Source: a virus | Reading direction: 5' to 3' (one strand) | IMG/VR virus record: IMGVR_UViG_3300042934_000631 | Location: 4,412-68,411 of that record | DNA length: 64,000 nt | In this document: positions 47,287 to 56,060 of the stretch, one piece after another | How positions within the stretch are numbered: the stretch's first letter is position 1 | How the letters are laid out: the number at the start of each line of letters is the position of its first letter | The notes under the pieces: model-generated | The model's input: only the letters and a program-made list of their open reading frames with translations | Told to the model about the DNA's origin: nothing | Database searches by the model: none | Program-made: the position numbers and the translations under genes

Positions 47287-48083
47287 TGTATGAGGAAGAA
47301 ATCGCGGAAATCGTTGGTGAGTTTCGTAAGGCCGGCGAGGAAATAAACGCGGAAATGGCGAGCCTGGACGTTAGCGCGTTGACGAATAGCGGAGCGCAGC
47401 CGGTACTTAAGCGTGTCGGTGAAATCTTGCGCGAATTACTCGCGAAAGTGTCCGAAATGGTGGCGCGCTTATTCGGCAAGGCAGCGGCAGAGGGCGTAAG
47501 CAAGGCGCGAGAAAGTATTGGCGTTCCAGGTCCGCCGGAGCCGTCGAGATCACGTGACGCTGTCGTTGCGGCTGCCACTTCCGATATGCAATCGGATTTA
47601 CTCGCGGTAACGCAGAATATCGATCGACGGACGAAAGCGGCCATACGGCGGGCAGTCGCCGATTCCATGCGCGCGAATATGAGCGCCGGCATCAACGGGC
47701 GGCGGACGCTGAATCGCGATACGCTCGCGGGCATCCGCAAGGCGCTCGGTTCATCGGCAGATACCGCAATCATTGACGCTGCAGGACGGCGGTGGAAGCC
47801 GGAAGTTTACGTCGACATGGTGACGCGTACGAAAGCGATGAACACGCAAATTGACGCCACGATCGACGAGGCTCTAGCGCGAGACGTTCAATACGGCGTT
47901 ATCTCACGCCATGGGGCGAAGGATGCCTGCGCGAGATACGAAGGTAAAGTCGTCAAGCTAACACCGGATGCGCCCGGGGATTATCCGTACATTGGCGCGT
48001 TGAAGGCGTCAGGCGCAATATTTCATCCGAATTGCAAGCACGTAATAAGTCCGATAAGGAATCCGAGAGGGGATACGAAATGA
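47286..48083 (+). CDS. Minor capsid / MuF-like head morphogenesis protein
   Basis: DAAGRRWKPEVYVDMVTRT; FHPNCKH. Confidence 0.8.
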   Translation: MYEEEIAEIVGEFRKAGEEINAEMASLDVSALTNSGAQPVLKRVGEILRELLAKVSEMVARLFGKAAAEGVSKARESIGVPGPPEPSRSRDAVVAAATSDMQSDLLAVTQNIDRRTKAAIRRAVADSMRANMSAGINGRRTLNRDTLAGIRKALGSSADTAIIDAAGRRWKPEVYVDMVTRTKAMNTQIDATIDEALARDVQYGVISRHGAKDACARYEGKVVKLTPDAPGDYPYIGALKASGAIFHPNCKHVISPIRNPRGDTK

Positions 48084-48538
48084 ACGACGGAATTAAAATC
48101 GTAGGACGCATCAAATGGGAGCATACGCGAAACGGCGAGATCATCGCAAACGGCGAGCGCGACAACGTCATCACAACCGCGGGCAAGAACGCACTTGCGG
48201 CGCTGTTGAATAGTGCGAGCGCAGGAACAACACTTGTTACGCATATCGGATTTGGAACGTCAACGACTGCGGTTGCGGCCGGCGATACAGCGCTAGGAAC
48301 GGAATTGTCCGGAGGTTCTTATGCGCGAGTAGCTGTTACGCGATCAAATCCGTCCGGAAACGTTATTCAATATCAAGCGACGCTAACCGGTGTTACGAAC
48401 AATCCTACGGTCCAGGAAGCCGGCTTGTTTAGCGCAATTACTGGCGGAACACTCTTCGCGCATCAACTAACAGGCGCGGTTAATCTTGCTACGGCTGCAG
48501 ATAGTCTCCAAGTAACTTGGCAAGTGACGTTCTCGTAA
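48080..48538 (+). CDS. Structural protein, collar/fibre-anchor-like
   Basis: NVITTAGK...THIGFGT...GDTALGTEL...VQEAGLF. Confidence 0.6.
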   Translation: MNDGIKIVGRIKWEHTRNGEIIANGERDNVITTAGKNALAALLNSASAGTTLVTHIGFGTSTTAVAAGDTALGTELSGGSYARVAVTRSNPSGNVIQYQATLTGVTNNPTVQEAGLFSAITGGTLFAHQLTGAVNLATAADSLQVTWQVTFS

Positions 48539-48556
48539 TGAATAAGGAGGTAGGAT

Positions 48557-50014
48557 ATGGCTTACTATCTCCAAATGGACGGAACCAGCAATTATTTAAA
48601 ACTTCCGTCATTGACGTTAAATAGAATTGTTTTTGATGGTGTCATACGCAGGAGAACAGACGCCAACCGCGTTGTGTGGGATTTCCGAACGGGAATAAGT
48701 TTCAGCTACATTTTGCAGCAAACCAATGGTGCTGACGCCATCGGAAGTGGATCGGTTAAGGTGAATGGCGGTTCTAACGTAACCAATAATACAGCATTTA
48801 TTCCGAATGGAACCAGATGCACTATTGAGCACACATTCTCGACAACAGCTGCGGATGATGGGAATATTTTTTCGAACAGTAGCGGTCAGGCTTCAAGTGT
48901 AATTGACGGAGACATATACGATATAAAAATTTACAACGGCGCAACGCTTGTGGCTCATTACGACATGACACTAGGCAACGTCCAGGATCAAAGCGGGAAC
49001 GGAAGGCACGCCACATTAACGGGCGGCACATGGGTAAGCGACGGAGGATCCGGAACAGAGTATCCGGTTAATCTAACGGACTCCATTTCCGTTACAGATA
49101 CGTTGAGTAAACGGCTAAACGTAATCGTCGCTGACACCGTCACTACAAGCGAAAATGAATCGGATACCGCAAATAAATCCCTCACGGATTCCATTGCGAG
49201 CACCGATTCATTTTCATCAACACGCGGCAAGGGCGTAAATCTATCCGACTCAATCGCTATAACGGACTCCATCCGAAAGGCACTCACGAAATTGCGCGTA
49301 GATTCTGTAACACTTACGGATGCCGCCACGGATAGAGCATCGATTGGTAAGTCTTTCGCAGATACACTTACCATTTCGGAGTCAGTAACAACGTTTAAAG
49401 GTAAATCGATCGTCCTAAGTGATAACATCACCGTTTCGGATTCGATTAACAAAGCGATCGGCAAGATTCGCGAAGACTTCGTCAGCTCCTCCGACTCGTT
49501 GTCGCGAAAAACCAACGTAAGTCTACGCCTATATGACGTAATCGTAACGACCGAAACGTTTTCTAAAACGATACCAAACGCGCCAACTCTCATCGGGACT
49601 GTCCGATTAAAGGGGCGCCAGAACTTACGCGTGTACCTAATTGGAAGACGCGATCTAACCGTTAGATTGCGAGGTGGCATCAAAGTGACAGCGGAGAATC
49701 AGAAATTTAAGATGACCGCAGGAGACTCGAAGATTATCGAAGTTCCCATCGAGGACATGGCGGATTTAACGGGAATTACTGCTAAATATGCGATGAAAAA
49801 ATCAATATACAGCGCCGATTCCGATTTATTCAAGGACACAACGAGCGGCATTACGGTAGATGTCGCGAATAAGCAACTTATTATAACGCTATCGCCGACT
49901 GATACGCAGAACTTGTCCGGCGATTATTTACACGAAGTTGAAATCACGGATCAGTCCGGTAATGTATCAACAATTATGACTGGTACCGTAACGATTAGAA
50001 AAAGCGGAGTTTAG
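48557..50014 (+). CDS. Fibre-like structural protein: LamG-like N-terminus, Ser/Thr/Asp repeats, BppU-like C-terminus
   Basis: DQSGNGRHATL; repeated xDSIxxTD units; in-frame internal GAGG plus GTG at 49685. Confidence 0.55.
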   Translation: MAYYLQMDGTSNYLKLPSLTLNRIVFDGVIRRRTDANRVVWDFRTGISFSYILQQTNGADAIGSGSVKVNGGSNVTNNTAFIPNGTRCTIEHTFSTTAADDGNIFSNSSGQASSVIDGDIYDIKIYNGATLVAHYDMTLGNVQDQSGNGRHATLTGGTWVSDGGSGTEYPVNLTDSISVTDTLSKRLNVIVADTVTTSENESDTANKSLTDSIASTDSFSSTRGKGVNLSDSIAITDSIRKALTKLRVDSVTLTDAATDRASIGKSFADTLTISESVTTFKGKSIVLSDNITVSDSINKAIGKIREDFVSSSDSLSRKTNVSLRLYDVIVTTETFSKTIPNAPTLIGTVRLKGRQNLRVYLIGRRDLTVRLRGGIKVTAENQKFKMTAGDSKIIEVPIEDMADLTGITAKYAMKKSIYSADSDLFKDTTSGITVDVANKQLIITLSPTDTQNLSGDYLHEVEITDQSGNVSTIMTGTVTIRKSGV

Positions 50015-50022
50015 TCCGCGTT

Positions 50023-50090
50023 GTCCTACGTTATGACGTTAAACTAACGGCTGCACTTACGAATGGTCGACGGACCTTAAACGGTGGAGG
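50023..50090 (+). promoter_or_regulatory. Structured leader (tandem hairpin/pseudoknot) before the scaffold gene
   Basis: GTC-loop-GACGTTAAAC-TAACG and GGTC-GACG-GACCTTAAAC adjacent to the RBS. Confidence 0.45.
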
Positions 50091-50097
50091 TAACGCA

Positions 50098-50793
50098 ATG
50101 AAACGTAAATATCCGCTTAGTCTCGATATACAATGGTTCGCGCAAGACCCGCAAGATCCACCCGCTGATCCACCGCAGGATCCGCCAAAGCCGGAGAAAA
50201 TCGTATTCACTCCGGAACAACAAGCGGAGGTTGATCGTATCGCGGCTGAGAGAGCGGCGCGTGAACGTAAGAAATTTGCGGATTACGACGATGTTAAAAC
50301 GAAGCTCTCCGATTATGAAAAAGCGGAAGAGGAACGCAGACTGGCGTCACTGTCCGAAAAGGAACGCCTGGAAGCGGAGAAAGCTGACGCGTTAACTAAG
50401 GCACAGGCTGCCGAAGAAGCACGCGATAAGGCGCTAACAGCCGCTAACCAACGCCTCATTAAAGCGGAGTTCAAGGCGCTTGCCCGTGAGCTCGGCATTC
50501 GTTCTGACGCACTAGATGACGCCCATAAACTCGCTGACTTGTCCGCGGCAAGTGTAGACGATGATGGGAACGTGCTCGGCGTTAGGGACGTAATTGAGGC
50601 GCTTGTTAAAGATAAACCATATCTAGCGGAGCAAGCGAAGAAAGAAGCGAAGTCGATCGGCAATCCTTCGAACCCGCCGCAGCCTAACGAGATTAAGACG
50701 CTCGAACAGCAGTTGGAGGAAGCGAAGCAGAAACGCGATTTCAGTAAAGTAATCGAATTGTCCAACAAAATCAAAGCCCTATTACGTAATTAA
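50098..50793 (+). CDS. Capsid scaffolding protein
   Basis: LDIQWFA N-terminus; FTPEQQAEVDRI; coiled coil. Confidence 0.85.
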   Translation: MKRKYPLSLDIQWFAQDPQDPPADPPQDPPKPEKIVFTPEQQAEVDRIAAERAARERKKFADYDDVKTKLSDYEKAEEERRLASLSEKERLEAEKADALTKAQAAEEARDKALTAANQRLIKAEFKALARELGIRSDALDDAHKLADLSAASVDDDGNVLGVRDVIEALVKDKPYLAEQAKKEAKSIGNPSNPPQPNEIKTLEQQLEEAKQKRDFSKVIELSNKIKALLRN

Positions 50794-50858
50794 CCGTTCC
50801 GCCTAAATGGCAGAGCGGTTTTTTAATTTACACCCAAATTTAAGGAGGAATTTTCCCC

Positions 50859-51977
50859 ATGTTAAAAACTTATGACTTTCAAGATCAAATCCGAGACCTA
50901 TCCGAAGGAATTAGTATGATCATCAATGATGCCCCGACCCTTCTCGGCCTGGTCGGTATGAATGGCGAAGCACTAACGCAAACGAAATACGAATGGATGA
51001 GCGATAATCTTAACTCCAACCGTTCTACAGTTAACGGTGCGAAACTCGTTGGCGACACGTCCGTTACTGTAGCAACTGGCGACGGAGATAAATTCCGCGT
51101 TAACGCTCTTATCGTAATCGGCGAGGAGTACTTGAAAGTAACCGCGGTTGCAGGCGACGTCATCACTGTAACGCGTGGATTTGACGGTACAACTGCGGCG
51201 GCCATCGCTAACGGCGCTGAAATCCGCATCGTAGCGCGTCCGCAACTCGAAGGCGCCGGCGTTGGTACTGACGAAGGTCACGACAGACAAGTGGAGTACA
51301 ACTTCACGCAAATCATCGAGCGTTACGCGCAAGTATCCGGTACTCAACAAGCGGTCCGTACTTACAACGTAGGTAACGAGCTTGACTACCAAGTTCAACT
51401 TCGTCTGAAAGAGATGGCGCGTGAGTTTAATGACTGGTTGATTTACGGTCGTCGTGTTAACTCCGGCGCAGGCGTTCCTCGGATGACTGGCGGTCTGTTG
51501 TACTTCGCTGCGCAAAAAGCGGCGTTCAAGAAAAACCTTTCCGGCGCAGAAGTGGCTGCGAAAGACATCAACGAAGTCATGGAGCAAGTATTCCTGCGCG
51601 GTGGTAGCGTGAATACCATCCTGACCAATACTGCAGGAGCTCGTCAAATCACGAAATTGGCTAACAACCAAATTCAAGTACAACGTACTGACTCCGCTAC
51701 TGGTCACCAAATCTCCACGTTCGTATCCGACATCACTGGCGGTAACGTTGCGACAGTCGTTGTTGATCCGAACTTCCCGAAAAACAAAATCGCGTTGTTC
51801 GATCGCAGCATCCTTTCCATGCATCCGCTGAGCGGCCGTTCCGTAAGCGACGTTGACGCATCCGTAGCAGGTGCCGACTTTGTTGCGCGTCAAATCCGCG
51901 GTGAGTACGGAATCAAGGTTAAGAACGCGAACGAGAAAATCGCGATCATCGAGAACGTAAGCACATCGGTATCCTAA
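50859..51977 (+). CDS. Major capsid protein (DUF5309/SU10-like)
   Basis: YEWMSD; NFTQII...VSGT; RMTGGL; GEYGIKVKN. Confidence 0.85.
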   Translation: MLKTYDFQDQIRDLSEGISMIINDAPTLLGLVGMNGEALTQTKYEWMSDNLNSNRSTVNGAKLVGDTSVTVATGDGDKFRVNALIVIGEEYLKVTAVAGDVITVTRGFDGTTAAAIANGAEIRIVARPQLEGAGVGTDEGHDRQVEYNFTQIIERYAQVSGTQQAVRTYNVGNELDYQVQLRLKEMAREFNDWLIYGRRVNSGAGVPRMTGGLLYFAAQKAAFKKNLSGAEVAAKDINEVMEQVFLRGGSVNTILTNTAGARQITKLANNQIQVQRTDSATGHQISTFVSDITGGNVATVVVDPNFPKNKIALFDRSILSMHPLSGRSVSDVDASVAGADFVARQIRGEYGIKVKNANEKIAIIENVSTSVS

Positions 51978-52033
51978 TAACTACGAAGACGGGGCGCTTA
52001 GCGGCGCCTCTCTTTTCTTAACGGAGGTTTAAA

Positions 52034-52234
52034 ATGGCGGATTATAAAGCCAGTCCGTTCTACGCGGTACAAGACGGCGAGACTCGCATCAGTTTCGACC
52101 ATGCGGGCGCGTATTCAACGGACGACGCAGCGGAAATTAAACTACTCGACGGACTTGTTCCGGCTTGGATTCAGCGGATCGATGAACAACCGGAGGTAAA
52201 GGCGCCAACCACGCGCAAAGCCTCCGCTAAATAA
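52034..52234 (+). CDS. Small head-associated protein
   Basis: Follows the major capsid gene; GGAGG RBS. Confidence 0.6.
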   Translation: MADYKASPFYAVQDGETRISFDHAGAYSTDDAAEIKLLDGLVPAWIQRIDEQPEVKAPTTRKASAK

Positions 52235-52251
52235 ACGGAGGTGACCGCACT

Positions 52252-52647
52252 ATGGCGGCAAATTTAGGCGACGCGGAAGCGTATATCGAACAGAACGTAA
52301 TCGCGCTCGATGATTGGGCGGAAGCAGACGAAGCCAAAAAACAACGACTGTTAACGGTGGCTGATCGTACTCTTACCGGCCGATACGTCGGGTACACGAT
52401 TCCGGACGACGCGGTTTACGAATATGCGGCGGTCCTGGCTACGGTATTCAATGATAACGGACTAATGAAGCGGCAAGGCGTCGCAGGTTTCGCCGTCACT
52501 GGCGTCGCGTCCTTTACCTTCGCGAACACGGGCAGGCCATCCGATGATATTGCGCGATTCATTCCGAAGGCAGCGACGGACATTATCAACGCGAGCAATG
52601 CCGGCCTTCCTAGCGTCGGTGGCCGCGTTAAATGGACGGTGATCTGA
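52252..52647 (+). CDS. Head-tail connector/adaptor
   Basis: Synteny; DAEAYI...W..ADE. Confidence 0.6.
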   Translation: MAANLGDAEAYIEQNVIALDDWAEADEAKKQRLLTVADRTLTGRYVGYTIPDDAVYEYAAVLATVFNDNGLMKRQGVAGFAVTGVASFTFANTGRPSDDIARFIPKAATDIINASNAGLPSVGGRVKWTVI

Positions 52648-52964
52648 TGGCGCTCATACCGCTCAAACAAACGGTTACTGTTACGAAAGCTGGCGTAACT
52701 GACGATTGGGGCGACGTTGTTCCAGGCGATGAGTTAACGCTTAAGGCTCGCGTAGAAGAACAAACGAAAACGATCACGGCAGCGTCCGGACTCGAAGCGG
52801 TTACCACGCTCAAGATTTACCTCGATAAGAAGGCGGATGTATCATATGACGACACGATAACGTATACGGACGAAAACGGTGTGACAGTCGTGAGGAAGCC
52901 GATTTCTATCGATGTAAAACGTGGGCTTAACGGTAAAGCGCTTCTAACGGAGGTGCATGTGTAA
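52647..52964 (+). CDS. Head-tail joining protein
   Basis: DDWG motif; synteny. Confidence 0.6.
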   Translation: MALIPLKQTVTVTKAGVTDDWGDVVPGDELTLKARVEEQTKTITAASGLEAVTTLKIYLDKKADVSYDDTITYTDENGVTVVRKPISIDVKRGLNGKALLTEVHV

Positions 52965-53438
52965 ATGGCGAGTAATCGCATTGATATCGATTTAAACCGT
53001 CCGGGCTCGTTCGTACAGAACCTAATCGGACGTTTTTTCCGCGGTTATGGCGAGAGACTTGCGGGTGCGGCTGGTGACGGTGCACGGCGCGGTCTTGAGG
53101 ACGTTATGGACGAATGGAAGCGCGAAGCGACGGACCTCGCACCGCTTAAGCACGGTACATTGAGGCGCGGCATCCACGTCGATGTCGACGAATCAACCGG
53201 CAAGCTAACCGGTGCTATTTCCGTTACCGCGATAGAGAGTAAAAACGGACGAAGTTTCGATTATGCCGAGTATATCCACGATATTTATCCGCAGGTTCAC
53301 GGCAAAACGTTCAAGCATCCGACGACGCCCGGCACAATTCCGGAATTTTTGGATAAGCCGATGGAAGATCACGAGGATGAGTGGAAGCGTCTGCTCGAAC
53401 GTGAGATACGCGATGGATTAAGACGGAGGGGATTCTGA
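52965..53438 (+). CDS. HK97 gp10-like neck protein
   Basis: APLKHGTLRRGI; DYAEYIH; FLDKP. Confidence 0.7.
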   Translation: MASNRIDIDLNRPGSFVQNLIGRFFRGYGERLAGAAGDGARRGLEDVMDEWKREATDLAPLKHGTLRRGIHVDVDESTGKLTGAISVTAIESKNGRSFDYAEYIHDIYPQVHGKTFKHPTTPGTIPEFLDKPMEDHEDEWKRLLEREIRDGLRRRGF

Positions 53439-53896
53439 TGGCGCTGATTAACGATATAGTTTCGATCGATACGTACATCGCGCAGAAGTTTCCGACAGCG
53501 GCGACTTTCCGCCAGACTGCTCCGCTCAAGGCCGCGCCTAACACGTTCGTGATTCGGCTTCAAAACAACGTCAGCGCGACGGAAACTTCCACGTCATGGC
53601 GAGCTGAACGCGAGTATCAAATCGTGTATTACGGAGCCAAAGTGGCGGACACACTCGCAGCAATGGACGCGCTCAGCACAGCACTGTATTCCGATAAGGT
53701 AATCGCGAAGGACGGGGACGTCCGTTATATTCGCGTTGAATCATTCGTGTATAGCATGCCGTTTAAGGCGGCCGATTCGGATAACTACGTCTGCATCGGA
53801 GTCTTGCGGGCCGTGACGCGCGCGATGCGTTCGATGGCGGATTACGAAGCGACTGACAAAATTATGCACGTAAATGTCCGGTATCAACCGGAATAA
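53438..53896 (+). CDS. Tail terminator-like protein
   Basis: Synteny before the sheath gene. Confidence 0.6.
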   Translation: MALINDIVSIDTYIAQKFPTAATFRQTAPLKAAPNTFVIRLQNNVSATETSTSWRAEREYQIVYYGAKVADTLAAMDALSTALYSDKVIAKDGDVRYIRVESFVYSMPFKAADSDNYVCIGVLRAVTRAMRSMADYEATDKIMHVNVRYQPE

Positions 53897-53908
53897 GGAG
53901 GCTACACA

Positions 53909-54961
53909 ATGGCAGGCGGAACTTGGGATCCATCAGCACTACCCCCTAGGCCGGGGCTCTATATTGTTTTTAAAAACGCAGCTATTGCGCAGATTAGCGG
54001 AGGCGCACGCGGTACGGTAGCGATTCCGCTTAAAGCATTCACGGGCGGTACGGCGGCGGCTAAAACGTTCTACACCGTTACCAACGAAACAGACGCGGCC
54101 GCACTTTTCGGCTCGGCCAATATCGCGTCGATTAAGTACGCGCTACAAGGCGGAGCGAAAGAGGTGCTCGTTTACACGTTGCCTGCGAGCGCCACTCCTA
54201 CCGATTACACTGACGCACGCACCGCTTTCGATACGCGTCCGTTCAATGTTCACGTATTCGATGGCGAAGTAACGGCGGCCATCCAGGACTCGACTCTGAC
54301 GTGGGTTAACGCAAACAAAGCGGACGGTAAGCACTTCATCGCGGTATTTGGTGCGGCAGCAGCTGCGGACGATCAAACGCCTGCTACCGGTAATGCGCGT
54401 TCCGTACGTTTACTTAGCGACTACGCCGTTAACTTGACGGTCGGCACCGTTCTCGATGGCGTGGCAGTTTCATCCGGAGTCTACGCACCATACATTGCGG
54501 GCCTTATCGCAGGCACACCGATTAACCGTTCGATTACGTACAAGGTTGCGCCGGTAACGGACGTAAACAAACGCTACACTAACGCCGAAGTCGTTACGGC
54601 ATTGGCTGCGGGCTCGCTCGTGCTCATGAATGACGGCGAAAAAGTTAAGGTCGAACAGGGCCTCGTAACTTCCGCGAAGAAAATCCGCTCGATTCGCGCA
54701 CGCCAGGCGATCAGCAACGATATTACGAAGACAGCGGCGGACTCGTACATCGGTCAAATCAACAACGATGCGGACGGTCAGGCAGCGCTAATTTCCGCTG
54801 TTAAAGCGTATCTCGAAACGTTGGAAGGCGAAGGCGTGCTGACGGGTATTTCCGTGAGCTTGGATCCGCAATTCCAAAGCGTTGGCGATCGCGTTTACCT
54901 ACTCGTTAGCTATACCGAACTTGACTCGATGGAACGTATCTTCTTCACAATTACCGTTTAA
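53909..54961 (+). CDS. Tail sheath protein (XkdK-like)
   Basis: MAGGTW...RPGLYI; YIGQINNDADGQ; DSMERIF. Confidence 0.88.
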   Translation: MAGGTWDPSALPPRPGLYIVFKNAAIAQISGGARGTVAIPLKAFTGGTAAAKTFYTVTNETDAAALFGSANIASIKYALQGGAKEVLVYTLPASATPTDYTDARTAFDTRPFNVHVFDGEVTAAIQDSTLTWVNANKADGKHFIAVFGAAAAADDQTPATGNARSVRLLSDYAVNLTVGTVLDGVAVSSGVYAPYIAGLIAGTPINRSITYKVAPVTDVNKRYTNAEVVTALAAGSLVLMNDGEKVKVEQGLVTSAKKIRSIRARQAISNDITKTAADSYIGQINNDADGQAALISAVKAYLETLEGEGVLTGISVSLDPQFQSVGDRVYLLVSYTELDSMERIFFTITV

Positions 54962-54977
54962 GAAAGGAGTGTAACGC

Positions 54978-55415
54978 ATGCCAGTATTAGATTCTACGCG
55001 CACGATTCAAGGGCATTTCGGCGAAGTCTGGAAAGACGGCGTTTGGCTGACGAATATCTACAAGGCGGAAGCTACCGGCGACATGACGTATGACAAGATC
55101 AAACGGAGTGGCACGCGAAGAACTGGTAATAAGCTCGGTGGTATCGAGTATTCCGGCAGCATTGGCGGATACAAAGTTACGACGGAGTTTGCCGAGCAAA
55201 TCGCGCAAGCTAAAGACGACAAGCGCGGCGCATTCGTTTGCGAGCTAATCATTGCGCTAAAGGATCCGGAAGCATACGGATACGAACGCGTCAGGTTGAA
55301 AGGCGTTCAGTTTACGAAGATGGACATCATTAAATTCGAAGTAGGATCGGTCGTTGAGCAGGAAAACCCCTTCGTCTTCGATGACTGGGAGCATCTCGAC
55401 AAAATCACGTCATAA
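54978..55415 (+). CDS. Tail tube protein (XkdM-like)
   Basis: RTIQGHFGEVW; LKDPEAYGYERV; PFVF. Confidence 0.88.
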   Translation: MPVLDSTRTIQGHFGEVWKDGVWLTNIYKAEATGDMTYDKIKRSGTRRTGNKLGGIEYSGSIGGYKVTTEFAEQIAQAKDDKRGAFVCELIIALKDPEAYGYERVRLKGVQFTKMDIIKFEVGSVVEQENPFVFDDWEHLDKITS

Positions 55416-55506
55416 TAAACGCAATCAAACGCAGTTTTACGCCTAGTGCGCTAAGCTGCGTTTTCAATTTCGAAAATTAACCTTACCTAAACGGAGGAAC
55501 ACATAT

Positions 55507-55896
55507 ATGGACGCATTACAGGCGTTGCTATCCGCAAATCTTGAAATCGAGCAAGACGTTTACATTAAGCGCCTCGGCGCTAGTTTCCGCATTAAAGCGA
55601 TGAGCACGAAGGAAATGGAACGCGCGCGTGAGCAATGTACGAAAATCACCGGAACAGGATCGCGTAAAGAATCCGTGGTTGACGCTGACCGTCTGAACTC
55701 GGTTATGGTCGCGAAGCTTTGCGTGGTACCGGACTTCGGCGATAAAGGTCTGCTCGCGAAATACGGCGCTGCCAATTCGGCTGACTGCGTAGGCAAGGCG
55801 CTTCTGCCCGGAGAGATTGCGCGAATCATCGCAGCCGGCATGGAGTTGTCCGGATTCGGAGACGACGAGGAAGCGGAAGAAGACGTAAAAAACTAA
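55507..55896 (+). CDS. Tail assembly chaperone (XkdN-like, gpG)
   Basis: PDF.D..L...LLPGEI...LSGF...VKN. Confidence 0.85.
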   Translation: MDALQALLSANLEIEQDVYIKRLGASFRIKAMSTKEMERAREQCTKITGTGSRKESVVDADRLNSVMVAKLCVVPDFGDKGLLAKYGAANSADCVGKALLPGEIARIIAAGMELSGFGDDEEAEEDVKN

Positions 55897-56057
55897 TCCA
55901 GGCGGGCGGCGTTCCGTATCTCGTACACCGAATATTCCAACGCCACCACATCCCGCCTGACGAATTTTACGCGAAGGACATACGTACTCGGCGATTCATG
56001 CTCGTATCCGAAGCGATCGAGTTAGACGTCGAAATCGCGCAGAGAAAGGAGATATAA
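55887..56057 (+). other. Programmed -1 frameshift extension (gpGT-like)
   Basis: Slippery A AAA AAC before the stop; -1 frame open to 56057 (KLIQAGG...HIPPDEFY...). Confidence 0.8.
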
Positions 56058-56060
56058 CGG

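Noticed and set aside
50973-51893. 306-aa minus-strand ORF, and similar antisense ORFs at 35807-36619 and 48988-49683
   Set aside because: Antisense shadows of well-supported genes with biased codon usage
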